From a virus: DNA of 64,000 bases. This document shows positions 19,559 through 28,278 of the stretch, in pieces. A program made the translations under genes and the position numbers. The notes beneath the pieces were generated by a model. That model worked only from the letters and a program-made list of their open reading frames with translations. It was not told the DNA's origin and searched no databases. Each line of letters opens with the position of its first letter. Position 1 is the first letter of the stretch. The stretch spans positions 32,001 to 96,000 of the IMG/VR virus record IMGVR_UViG_3300036770_008686, one strand, 5' to 3'.

Positions 19559-19666
19559 TAGTTCAAATAATTATAGCGAATAACTTCACCAAAAGGTGGC
19601 TTAACATCGCTAGTTCAAATCATTATAGCGAATAACTTCACCAAAAGGTGGCTTAACATCGCTAGT
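19559..19666. repeat. 52-bp tandem duplication of the VWA-like gene 3' end (1 mismatch)
   Basis: Units at 19559-19610 and 19611-19662 plus tagt; a/c difference at 19569/19621. Confidence 0.9.
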
Positions 19667-20866
19667 CATGACCCATAGAACGTCTAGTTTTGGATCAACT
19701 CCAAACTCTCCGTATCCATCAGTAAAAAATACACAATAGTCAGGCTTAATTCCATTGTTTTTAAGATGTTCGAATACTGGTCTAAAGTCTGTTCCTCCAC
19801 CACCCTTTAATGAAGGCAAAGGCTCAAAAGGATTAATCCATCTACTAGAGTAAACACCAGCATCACAATCTAAAAAGTAAACCTTAGCATTAAGTTTCTT
19901 CCTAAGATCTTCAAGTTCGCTAATAGCACTATTAAGGTCTTCTTCGCTCATGCTGCCACTGGTATCTACAGCATATGCAAGTTTTGGACTATCCGGGCCT
20001 ATGTTACTGGGAAAAATAAAGTCGCCACCCAAGAACCTTCTGTTAGGGAAATTCCAAGTAACATCTCTTTTTTCAAGTCTGCTAGTTCCAAACCTCATTT
20101 TCTGCCTGAGGGCTGTAACCCAATCCACCTTACTCTTAAGATGAGAATTTATAATTCTCTCTAAGCCAACGGGAATATCACCCTGGCTTTTTGCAACAGT
20201 ATAAGCATCACAAACAGCTTTGTTAACAAAATCTTTAAGCTCTTGATCTGCTTGCTTTTTGCTTTTACCTTTTGTTTCCGGCAGCGGTACACGTCTATCT
20301 CTAACAACAGAAGATGATCCTTGACCCTCTCCGTCAGCAGATTCTTCACCTAAAATATCTTCCATGTTTAGCTGAATAACTTCTGCCTTGTTGATCAAGT
20401 CAGAATAAATTAATTCAGCATTCATTCCATCATACAAAGGCTTGTCGGTTTTCCAACTATCATCAAAAATGCCGCCTTTGATAATATACTTTTCATTCTC
20501 AAACTGATACCATAACATCAAATTTACTGCATAATCTACTGCAATGTTCCAAATAACAGGATCTCTATTTGCTCTTCTAGGGTTGTGCTCAAAGACAAAG
20601 TGGCTTATTTCGTGTGCGACCAAGAATAAAAATTGATGGTCGGTTAGTTTAATACAAAAATCATAATTAAAGATAATATGGCCATTCTTATCAACACAGG
20701 CTGTAGGAACAGCTGTTTTTGTAACACTATACTTGCACCGCTCACTAAGCACACCCCAAAAAGGATAATGATGAGCAAAAGCAAAAAGAATAGTGTCAAT
20801 TTTCTTGCGAAAATTATCCTCTTCTTCTTCGGTTAATACGTTATTTTTTTCAATAGTTTTAGTCAT
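19610..20866 (-). CDS. DUF2201-like metallopeptidase (HExxH) plus VWA-like protein
   Basis: TACVD, LVAHEISH, WNIAVDYAVN, VDTSGSM, GGGGTDFRPVF, FTDGYG. Confidence 0.88.
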   Translation of the reverse strand: MTKTIEKNNVLTEEEEDNFRKKIDTILFAFAHHYPFWGVLSERCKYSVTKTAVPTACVDKNGHIIFNYDFCIKLTDHQFLFLVAHEISHFVFEHNPRRANRDPVIWNIAVDYAVNLMLWYQFENEKYIIKGGIFDDSWKTDKPLYDGMNAELIYSDLINKAEVIQLNMEDILGEESADGEGQGSSSVVRDRRVPLPETKGKSKKQADQELKDFVNKAVCDAYTVAKSQGDIPVGLERIINSHLKSKVDWVTALRQKMRFGTSRLEKRDVTWNFPNRRFLGGDFIFPSNIGPDSPKLAYAVDTSGSMSEEDLNSAISELEDLRKKLNAKVYFLDCDAGVYSSRWINPFEPLPSLKGGGGTDFRPVFEHLKNNGIKPDYCVFFTDGYGEFGVDPKLDVLWVMTSDVKPPFGEVIRYNDLN

Positions 20867-20887
20867 GTTTGTGTCCTTTCAAGAAAA

Positions 20888-20924
20888 CTGCTGCTAGGGT
20901 TTCTCTTGTTGCCCCTAGCAGCAG
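20888..20924 (-). terminator. hairpin between AAA and VWA genes (attenuator or stabiliser)
   Basis: 12-bp stem ctgctgctaggg/ccctagcagcag followed by TTTTCTT on the minus strand. Confidence 0.65.
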
Positions 20925-20938
20925 CCTCTTCACAAAAT

Positions 20939-21997
20939 TCAACCAAGCTTCATGCTGCCTTTGATTAACTCATCATTTTTTTCAAGCCACTTGCCAATAT
21001 TTTCGCTTTCGTAAGCGATGTCTCTAATTTTGGCGGCTTTACTATCATTCATGATTCTCTTTATAAAAAGAGCAGCAGGCTCAGGACTAATATCAATCAA
21101 AACATTTGCACAATTCTCGAAAATCTTCTCAGGAGACTTGTGTTCAATTAAATGGCTGGCCAAAGCACTCGCCACTGCATAGCTAACACTAATCTTCTTT
21201 TTATCCTCTTTCCATTTACTCTTACCAGAAACAAGCTTATCCATATCAGGAAGGCTTTTACAAACATCAAGATAAGCCATAAATTCACCCGCACTACCCC
21301 CGACACAAGCCCTAATATCGGCAAGATTAGTAAACTTGTTTTTAAGCCGGTCGCTAACATAACTCCAACTCCTAGGATTTGCACTAGGAGTATACTCGTC
21401 AACTACAGGCTGAATGAGAAGTTCTCTTCTAAAGCTGATAAACCCGATAACATCAGGGTGAACCCCAGACTTAATCGCCCAATCAATCCAATTCTCGACG
21501 TTAGGAACATAATCATAGACAGCAAATCTAGCAATAAGGGCACTACTAAGAGGGTAAACATGAGCCCTATCTTCACTTCGATTGCCAGCAGCAACAATAT
21601 ACCAGCCATCACCTAAGTGGTGATTTCCAACTTTTCTGTCCAGAACAAGTTGCAAAGCAGGGTTCTGCACACTAGGCGGTGCAGTATTAATTTCATCAAG
21701 AAAAATAATGCCCTTGCCGTCATAAGGAAGAAACTCAGGCCTCACCCAACTAACGGTTGGATTGCCCTTCTCGTCTTTTTGAATAACAGGTAGACCTCTA
21801 AGGTCAATGCTATCCAGGCTGTTAAGTCTCAAATCAATACAAGTTTCATCATTCTCAATGCTCTGCCAAACTTGCTGGCTTTTGCCTACTCCCGGGGCTC
21901 CAAAGATAAGCATAGGCCTATCGCAAACCCTGTTCCTCTTAACAACATCAACAAGACTCTCAGAAATAATATTTCTGTTTGTGAGATCACTAGCCAT
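20939..21997 (-). CDS. MoxR-like AAA+ ATPase (DUF2201-associated)
   Basis: GAPGVGKS, IDLRGLP, FLDEIN, AAGNR, PRSW. Confidence 0.9.
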   Translation of the reverse strand: MASDLTNRNIISESLVDVVKRNRVCDRPMLIFGAPGVGKSQQVWQSIENDETCIDLRLNSLDSIDLRGLPVIQKDEKGNPTVSWVRPEFLPYDGKGIIFLDEINTAPPSVQNPALQLVLDRKVGNHHLGDGWYIVAAGNRSEDRAHVYPLSSALIARFAVYDYVPNVENWIDWAIKSGVHPDVIGFISFRRELLIQPVVDEYTPSANPRSWSYVSDRLKNKFTNLADIRACVGGSAGEFMAYLDVCKSLPDMDKLVSGKSKWKEDKKKISVSYAVASALASHLIEHKSPEKIFENCANVLIDISPEPAALFIKRIMNDSKAAKIRDIAYESENIGKWLEKNDELIKGSMKLG

Positions 21998-22066
21998 CAG
22001 TTATAAATCCTTATTTTTGTGAAGAACGAAACCACGGAGCTTCCGTACCAGGGTTTACTTTTTAAA

Positions 22067-22348
22067 TTATTTGGAGATTATCTGACCGCTAACAGGGGAA
22101 AGTGTATCAGAATTATCCTCTCTTGTATTAATATGAGATCTTATTTCCAGTAAAAAAGTAAGAGTCTTATCGAAACATCCTTCGCAAAGATCTATATCGT
22201 AAACATCACCATCTTTTGAAGAGTCATAGCCCCAGTGAGCAAAAAGTTTTGCACTCTCTATATCTAGATTTTTTTTGCAACTATTACCACAAATATCACA
22301 AACAATATCGTCTAATTGCAAAACCAGTTTTTTTTTATTTCTTTTCAC
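22067..22348 (-). CDS. hypothetical Zn-ribbon protein
   Basis: CDICG...WGYDS..DG...DLCEGC. Confidence 0.65.
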   Translation of the reverse strand: MKRNKKKLVLQLDDIVCDICGNSCKKNLDIESAKLFAHWGYDSSKDGDVYDIDLCEGCFDKTLTFLLEIRSHINTREDNSDTLSPVSGQIISK

Positions 22349-23109
22349 AAGCTCACCACAAAGTTGCTGTTACTGAAGTCAATTTGATTTCTAACTTTTT
22401 TAAATTTCAAGCCAACTAAAACATTTTTGGGGTCTTTGTATCTCATATCATAATCATCCCCGTTGATAACTTGAATTCCTTTATATTCTTCTGGTATTTC
22501 GTCTTTAAAAACAACAGCAACTCTTACGTTGTTTTTTAATGCTTCCAAACATTCATCCCAATTTTCTCCACTGTAACTAAAAGTGAGATCATAATTAGGG
22601 TATTTTTCTAAGAGTTTTATTCTTGATAAAACCTTTGTGTAATCAAAAAATTGAATTTCAGGAAAAGTTTCTAGTATGTTTAAGTTGTTTGTTTTAAATC
22701 TTTCTGGATTCAAATCACTGACATTATTTAGCCGAACACTGAACGTGTAATTTTGATTCAAAGCTTTCAAATAAGTACTTTTAATTTCATCAATTAAAAG
22801 ACTCATAAAAAACTCTCTGTTTTCAAAAAATAATTTTGTCTTAGCTATTCTGCTTTTGTTGATCTTGTTCTCTTTAACATCTATCCTATTATAACCGGAA
22901 CCATGCAAACACGCAACCGTGCATTCTTTTGTTCTTTTTGGGCAAACCTCGTAACCAGAAGTGTCAGCCGGCGACAAGTAAAGGGTATAAACTAACTCAT
23001 TATAGTTGAAGGCCTTTGCGTGTTTTGCTGTCAGATTAACAGATCCTAGGTAACTAATACCTAGAAGTTTTTTGGCTTTATGCAAATTTTCGTATACTAA
23101 ATTTTTCAT
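22345..23109 (-). CDS. phage Gp88-like protein
   Basis: LYLSPA...VCP....C...CL, RLNNVSD, FFDYTK, LTFSYS, GDDYDMRY.DP...VGLKFK. Confidence 0.8.
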   Translation of the reverse strand: MKNLVYENLHKAKKLLGISYLGSVNLTAKHAKAFNYNELVYTLYLSPADTSGYEVCPKRTKECTVACLHGSGYNRIDVKENKINKSRIAKTKLFFENREFFMSLLIDEIKSTYLKALNQNYTFSVRLNNVSDLNPERFKTNNLNILETFPEIQFFDYTKVLSRIKLLEKYPNYDLTFSYSGENWDECLEALKNNVRVAVVFKDEIPEEYKGIQVINGDDYDMRYKDPKNVLVGLKFKKVRNQIDFSNSNFVVSL

Positions 23110-23427
23110 TTAAAATAAATTAGCAATTTCTAAAGTTTTAAACCTTATTATCAATCCAACATTATAATTTTCATTATTTTCTATTATTTTTACTGCATCT
23201 CTATCTATAACTTTGCATATAGATTCACTAGAAACACTAGTTTCACACATGTTTCCAAAAAAGAAACCTACATCATTTTTTTCCTCTGGGTCTACTATAA
23301 CTTCTAATGGGGTGTGATGCTCTGAGACCATCCTACTAGTCAAATCAACAAAAATTCTTTTGCCATTAAAAGATTTCAAAACTTCATTTAAGGTTAAACT
23401 TTCTTTAAATGAATCTAGTTTTTTCAT
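23110..23427 (-). CDS. hypothetical protein
   Basis: 105 aa ORF. Confidence 0.55.
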   Translation of the reverse strand: MKKLDSFKESLTLNEVLKSFNGKRIFVDLTSRMVSEHHTPLEVIVDPEEKNDVGFFFGNMCETSVSSESICKVIDRDAVKIIENNENYNVGLIIRFKTLEIANLF

Positions 23428-23430
23428 AAC

Positions 23431-24504
23431 CTAATCTTCTTCTTTTTTATATTTTAATTGGCTTTTTTGACAATCACTATCTTGTATGTCTTGTCTCATA
23501 CCAAGATATGTTGGTTGATATAAGTTGCCTGATTGCTTGTAAGCATACAAGTACCTAATTTCAACAATCGCTCCCACCTCAGGAACGTCATAATTAACTG
23601 GTATTGTCACCTTTCCACAATCTATAAGTTTTCTTCCATTCAACAAACCTAGTTTGACACTTCTTTTTCCTTCATTTATTTCGGTAACAAAACAACTACA
23701 AGTTGCATAAAATTTATACTTAACATAACTACCACCGCTTGATGGCCTACCAATATAATACTTGGCAGATTTTTCTTTGAAAACAACACCTTCTTCATTT
23801 TTTTCAAATGATTTTTTATAAAATTCTTCTTTTTCTTGCTTTGTGTAGTAACTATCGGTCAAGCAAACAGACTCAGAGAAAGACTTGAACTTGTCTAGAT
23901 ATTTTAATCTTTCAACTAGAGTAAAGTTTTCTAATTTTTCACCATCATATTCTAGAATGTCGAACACATAATATTTTTCACCAACAAGCTCGCCGTCAAG
24001 TAAAAAATCTTTGTCATGTTTTTCGGAGTCATTCCAAATCACAGTTGGGATGTTACAATTAAGACCTCTCCTGTTATAGGCTCTTAATGTTTTATCTTTT
24101 TTATGTAACATAAATCTCACACCATCAAATTTGGGCTGGGCTAACCAGTTTTCATCATTTATGTAATCTTGTAATTGGCTTTCTTTTATTGGATTCAAAA
24201 GAACACACTTAGACTCAGAAATAGTTTCGGGAAGATTTTCAGGTACGTGTATTGCCTGAGATTGATCCAGGGGTATCTTTTGATAACCTTTTCCAGTTTT
24301 TTCCTTCAACAAAGACTCATATATCTTTTTAGCTTGGTCCAAACTAACTGCATTATTGGTTTTAGTGCCACTTTTTAAAGCACCTCCTCTTCTTCCGTAG
24401 CTAAAATTAACAACAAAACCGCCATTCTTTTCTTCTATTGCAGCATTATACAGTTTGTCGCTAACGCCTTCTTTGTAGTACAAACTAGTAGATTCAATTG
24501 TCAT
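23431..24504 (-). CDS. ATP-dependent DNA ligase with N-terminal WGR domain
   Basis: SDKLY...YGRRG (WGR); QPKFDG, DGEL, FDILE, EGVVFK, VKYK; C-terminal OB fold. Confidence 0.88.
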   Translation of the reverse strand: MTIESTSLYYKEGVSDKLYNAAIEEKNGGFVVNFSYGRRGGALKSGTKTNNAVSLDQAKKIYESLLKEKTGKGYQKIPLDQSQAIHVPENLPETISESKCVLLNPIKESQLQDYINDENWLAQPKFDGVRFMLHKKDKTLRAYNRRGLNCNIPTVIWNDSEKHDKDFLLDGELVGEKYYVFDILEYDGEKLENFTLVERLKYLDKFKSFSESVCLTDSYYTKQEKEEFYKKSFEKNEEGVVFKEKSAKYYIGRPSSGGSYVKYKFYATCSCFVTEINEGKRSVKLGLLNGRKLIDCGKVTIPVNYDVPEVGAIVEIRYLYAYKQSGNLYQPTYLGMRQDIQDSDCQKSQLKYKKEED

Positions 24505-25038
24505 TTAACATCCTTTTTTAAAACTTTTAAGATTGCCATTACAAATTACTCCAAAAAAATAATCTTTTATATTTTTACTTTTGTCATTGATGTAGGAATC
24601 AAATTTATTTTGATTAACACAAAGCAAGAATTTATTAAGAAGAGAGTTGCTAGAAAGTATTATCATGGCATCACCTAAATTGCCATGAACACTAGGGTGC
24701 AAGAAACTCTCCGGGTATGACCAACCAAACTTTTTATCTTGAGAAATAAAATTAAAAGTAAGGCTATAAAGTCCAATTAAATGTTTATGACCAGTTCCTT
24801 CACGACTCAAATTTTCTTTGCTTATTTCTCCACTAAATTCAGGGATTGTCATTCTGAATAAGCTAGCAGTATACTTATCTATTTTTTTAATTTCTTCAAA
24901 ATGCTTTAGTGAATCAAAGCAACTTATCATCACTCTTTCCGGATATTCTGTTTTCAGATGTTGCTTGTTAAAAATTAAAGTAATTGGTTTAACATCTATT
25001 TCATGAAGATCAGAAGCAATTAAAACTTTTTCTTTCAC
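24505..25038 (-). CDS. hypothetical protein
   Basis: 177 aa; YPESFLHP motif. Confidence 0.6.
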   Translation of the reverse strand: MKEKVLIASDLHEIDVKPITLIFNKQHLKTEYPERVMISCFDSLKHFEEIKKIDKYTASLFRMTIPEFSGEISKENLSREGTGHKHLIGLYSLTFNFISQDKKFGWSYPESFLHPSVHGNLGDAMIILSSNSLLNKFLLCVNQNKFDSYINDKSKNIKDYFFGVICNGNLKSFKKGC

Positions 25039-25223
25039 TTTAAAAGCTTAACCTTATTACCAGAAGTTGTTGTGGTTTTTATGTTAATGTTAGCATGGCT
25101 AACTACTATTTCAACTTTAATATTGCCTAAGTTATTACTAACAATACGATTTAACTCAATTTGATCTATTTGAAAACAAACAATTCTATGTTTATCTTTT
25201 TTGCTTTTCAAATACAAATTCAC
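25035..25223 (-). CDS. hypothetical protein
   Basis: 62 aa, coupled to its neighbours. Confidence 0.5.
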   Translation of the reverse strand: MNLYLKSKKDKHRIVCFQIDQIELNRIVSNNLGNIKVEIVVSHANINIKTTTTSGNKVKLLK

Positions 25224-25621
25224 TCCCCAGGATAATCTGTGTATTCGAATAAAGGTGATTCTTCGCTCGATGTGTAGTAGTAAGTGTTCTCTATTTTTAT
25301 AGAACCTTCATCTAAGTCTATGTTCACCAAACCCGAACATCCTTCATCATTAAAACTGATACCGTCGTGTTTTTCAAAAGCATCAAATATAACACTGCTT
25401 ATGAAGCTGTTATGGGATCGAACATCTTCGTCTATTTTTTTTATTTCTTCCGAAACAGGCCTATTTTTTTCAAACTCTTTTAAATTTTTATTTTTGCCCA
25501 AAGCAACATAGGCTTCCACATCATAAAAATCATCAAATTGATCACCAGAGCCCTGGTAACCTATTACTATTTTTCCTGTTTTTGGGTAGAGTTTTTTTAA
25601 TTTTTGAATAGTTTTATTCAT
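25220..25621 (-). CDS. DUF6878-like hypothetical protein
   Basis: IGYQGSGD...NDEGCSG.V.ID pattern (from recall). Confidence 0.5.
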   Translation of the reverse strand: MNKTIQKLKKLYPKTGKIVIGYQGSGDQFDDFYDVEAYVALGKNKNLKEFEKNRPVSEEIKKIDEDVRSHNSFISSVIFDAFEKHDGISFNDEGCSGLVNIDLDEGSIKIENTYYYTSSEESPLFEYTDYPGE

Positions 25622-25697
25622 GATCTTTTTTGGAGAATCATATCCTTTTACACAACAAATATATGATCCATTTATAATAGGTTGACCATATGCCAGT

Positions 25698-25919
25698 TCA
25701 TTTTCCTCTCCTAATAATCACACATTTTTCAGCATTACCATCAATAAAAGATGACGATTCATGTGGCCCATAATACCAAGGATCAGAACCCCTAGCATTA
25801 AGAACAATCTCGTCATCATAAACTTGAACATTATTAAAACCACCCTCATAACCAACAGTAAGAACCCTCGTATCACCGGGATAGTTCTTCAACTGCTCAA
25901 TAAGTTCGTTAACGGTCAT
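25698..25919 (-). CDS. conserved small phage protein
   Basis: MTVNELIEQLKNYPGDTRV...GYEGG. Confidence 0.7.
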   Translation of the reverse strand: MTVNELIEQLKNYPGDTRVLTVGYEGGFNNVQVYDDEIVLNARGSDPWYYGPHESSSFIDGNAEKCVIIRRGK

Positions 25920-26008
25920 TATTTTCCTCTAAAACCTGTTCCACAATCTTTAGTATCTCTTGAAACTTTGGATCAAGAAACTCATCAAGAAACTCGTCAA
26001 GTGTCATT

Positions 26009-26179
26009 TTAGTTCCCGTCATCCCTATAGTTCATCCACCAAGGTGCAGGCATATATCCTGCGTTAGCAAGTCGAGTGCTTTCTTCTCTGGTTTCACCAC
26101 ACGCTCGCCAACACAAATAGCGAACTTCCCAACTACCGCAAATGTCCAAGACGGATCGTAACTCAATAGTTTTATTCAT
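26009..26179 (-). CDS. small hypothetical protein (56 aa, below cutoff)
   Basis: Hand translation MNKTIELRSVLDICG...WWMNYRDDGN. Confidence 0.55.
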   Translation of the reverse strand: MNKTIELRSVLDICGSWEVRYLCWRACGETREESTRLANAGYMPAPWWMNYRDDGN

Positions 26180-26433
26180 GATCTTTTTTGAAAAACATAA
26201 AGTTTTTCATTTTTTAAAACTTGAAAACTACCCTTGAAAACTAAGTAGCAAAAAGGCCAAGGTAGAATATCTTTTTCTGTCCTGTAGTGGTAAAAGTATT
26301 TTTGTGTTTTAACTATAAAATGAGGAACAACTGTGCCCGGTCTAAAACCAATTATTATTTTGGGATTATATTTTCTTTTTTTCCAAAAAAGTATTAAACT
26401 TCCCAAAAAACAATTTCCGTATGTATTTTTCAT
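26176..26433 (-). CDS. hypothetical protein
   Basis: Start moved to MKNTYGNC, downstream of the tmRNA. Confidence 0.6.
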   Translation of the reverse strand: MKNTYGNCFLGSLILFWKKRKYNPKIIIGFRPGTVVPHFIVKTQKYFYHYRTEKDILPWPFCYLVFKGSFQVLKNEKLYVFQKRS

Positions 26434-26450
26434 CCTTGAAAAAATTAAAA

Positions 26451-26803
26451 TGGAGGCGAGGGGAGTCGAACCCCTGTGTTGTGATAATTTTAATATGACC
26501 TCTACAAGTTTATTTTGTTCATAAATTTTGAGAAAGACTAAAGAACAAACAACATTCATCTTTCCGTACCAACAAGTCTTAGTCTAGGACCCGTTGGCTA
26601 TCCTAGAAGCAGAAGGATTTTACGACGATTTTTCGGACGCTACCTTCAATCGCTTCCTAAAATCGTTGCTGCTATTTATTAAGCAGCAAGAGCTAACTGA
26701 TTTGTGCCAGTTAAAGCATTAATCTGGTTTTAAAGTAGCCTCCAGATCAACTACTACTTGCTAGTCACAGTAAATTTTATCCAATCGATACCTTTACGCC
26801 CCC
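26451..26803 (-). ncRNA. ssrA: tmRNA, tag peptide (A)ALTGTNQLALAA; CCA not encoded
   Basis: 5' GGGGGCG pairs with 3' CGCCTCC-A including G3:U70; T-arm AGGGG TTCGACT CCCCT; tag ORF at 26679-26717 with its stop in a ttgctgc/gcagcaa hairpin; 353 nt. Confidence 0.93.
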
Positions 26804-26806
26804 TTT

Positions 26807-26814
26807 TATTTATA
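26807..26814 (-). promoter_or_regulatory. T4 late-type promoter TATAAATA
   Basis: Exact TATAAATA 3 nt upstream of the tmRNA G1. Confidence 0.45.
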
Positions 26815-26820
26815 GTTTAA

Positions 26821-27507
26821 TCACTCAAAAATACCAAAGCTTTTGACGATTTCACTCACCTTGGCTTTAGCATCAACAGGATCATCGCTAAAGTGAGGTT
26901 GCATGATAGTAACCTGACTAACCTTCTTAAGAAGATCTTTAATCTGTGTTTTATCAGAAACCTTCTCAAAAACACTGTCAATCGTCTTATTGCTTGCAAC
27001 AACCTTCACAGTTTGCTCAAGCACGTCATTGGGATCAATTCCAGCCTTCTGGAGTGCTTCGGTGATCTTGAAAACCATTTCTTCGTTTTCAAGGACATTC
27101 TTCTTGATGTTAACAGTTTCCTTGTAATCCAAGTCGATGCCTTCTTCTTCAAAAACCTTAATGGTTTTTTCATCAATAGCACTTGTGGCCTTATACTTAA
27201 GAGTAACTTTGGCCATGCTAACTTCACCTTGTGCAACAAAAGTTTCAGGAGCACTTCGGGTATTTACACCAATATCAATAAACTTGTCAAGTAGGTTGTT
27301 TTCCTTAAGTTGAACCTCAATGTTTTTGAGTTCATTCTCAATAATACTACCAGCAGTCTTAAGTGCGGTAACAAGATCAAAAAGATTCTGGTCGCCGGGA
27401 CCAATTTCATCAAACTTGTAACTATCATAGTTCTTACCACCACTCTTAGAAGGCTCAGCCTTCTTTTCATCAAGAACTTTACCAAAAGCACTAGGTTTCT
27501 TAGCCAT
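26821..27507 (-). CDS. hypothetical protein, probably highly expressed
   Basis: Start at MAKKPSAFG with aaggaaa RBS; more GC-rich codons than its neighbours; hairpin leader at 27552-27580. Confidence 0.7.
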   Translation of the reverse strand: MAKKPSAFGKVLDEKKAEPSKSGGKNYDSYKFDEIGPGDQNLFDLVTALKTAGSIIENELKNIEVQLKENNLLDKFIDIGVNTRSAPETFVAQGEVSMAKVTLKYKATSAIDEKTIKVFEEEGIDLDYKETVNIKKNVLENEEMVFKITEALQKAGIDPNDVLEQTVKVVASNKTIDSVFEKVSDKTQIKDLLKKVSQVTIMQPHFSDDPVDAKAKVSEIVKSFGIFE

Positions 27508-27617
27508 TGTATATTTCCTTATTTGAAAAATAGTAAAATCTATAGAACTTGCGTCCGATACGGGAGAGCCGTACCGGACGATGGATTGTAGCGACCTTTT
27601 ATTTTTTGTCAAATAGT

Positions 27618-28262
27618 TTAAAGCATGTGATCAAACCGATATTTTCTATTAGAAAAGTTTATTTCATCTATTGTTTTTTTAACAACAATAATACAATTAT
27701 GAGCAAAAGTAATCGATGATATATTCAAGGTGTTTTTCTTTTTATTAAATTCACAATTTATTTGATCTGGTGTGTTTTTGAAATAATCGATTATATTAAA
27801 GTGGCCTATTTCATATCCATATATAGAAGTTTCTGGTCTCCAGTAGTTGCACTCTATATCTTCTATAATATAGATTCCCCCATACTCTAATATTTTATCA
27901 AAAAACTCTAAAAAAGTTTCTAATTGATGAATAGGATGGTGTGACCCATCATCAATAATAAGTTGGCACTTAGGAATGAGTTTTGTAGCTTTTTTTATTT
28001 GATCTAAATCGCTTTGATCTATTTTATAGATTGTAAAATCATCATTTTTTAATTCAAGATTAATATCAATTCCATATATTTTTGCTTTAGGAAAATACTC
28101 CTTCCACAAAAGAAGCGAACCGCCGGTGTCAATTCCTATCTCTAACAAATTAAAACTACTTTTTCTTAGTGACTCTAAAAAAGTAGGATAAAATCTATCA
28201 TACCTATGATGATAGATTTTATCAGTCAAATTCAAACCTATTTCATAAAAACTTTTTTTCAT
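27618..28262 (-). CDS. class I SAM-dependent (sugar O-)methyltransferase
   Basis: LLEIG, IYGIDI, DQSD, IIDDGSH, GGIYIIEDI. Confidence 0.85.
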   Translation of the reverse strand: MKKSFYEIGLNLTDKIYHHRYDRFYPTFLESLRKSSFNLLEIGIDTGGSLLLWKEYFPKAKIYGIDINLELKNDDFTIYKIDQSDLDQIKKATKLIPKCQLIIDDGSHHPIHQLETFLEFFDKILEYGGIYIIEDIECNYWRPETSIYGYEIGHFNIIDYFKNTPDQINCEFNKKKNTLNISSITFAHNCIIVVKKTIDEINFSNRKYRFDHML

Positions 28263-28278
28263 TAAAGCTAATTAGTTT

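Larger units (their letters stand above)
25607..26190. repeat. 26-bp direct repeats flanking a 558-bp-offset cassette
   Basis: aatagttttattcatgatcttttttg at 25607-25632 and 26165-26190. Confidence 0.85.

Noticed and set aside
26434-26559. N-terminal extension of ORF 26176..26559
   Set aside because: Overlaps the tmRNA 3' end.
26565-26570. CGTACC copy inside the tmRNA
   Set aside because: Lies within a structured RNA rather than a leader; not counted in the motif set.
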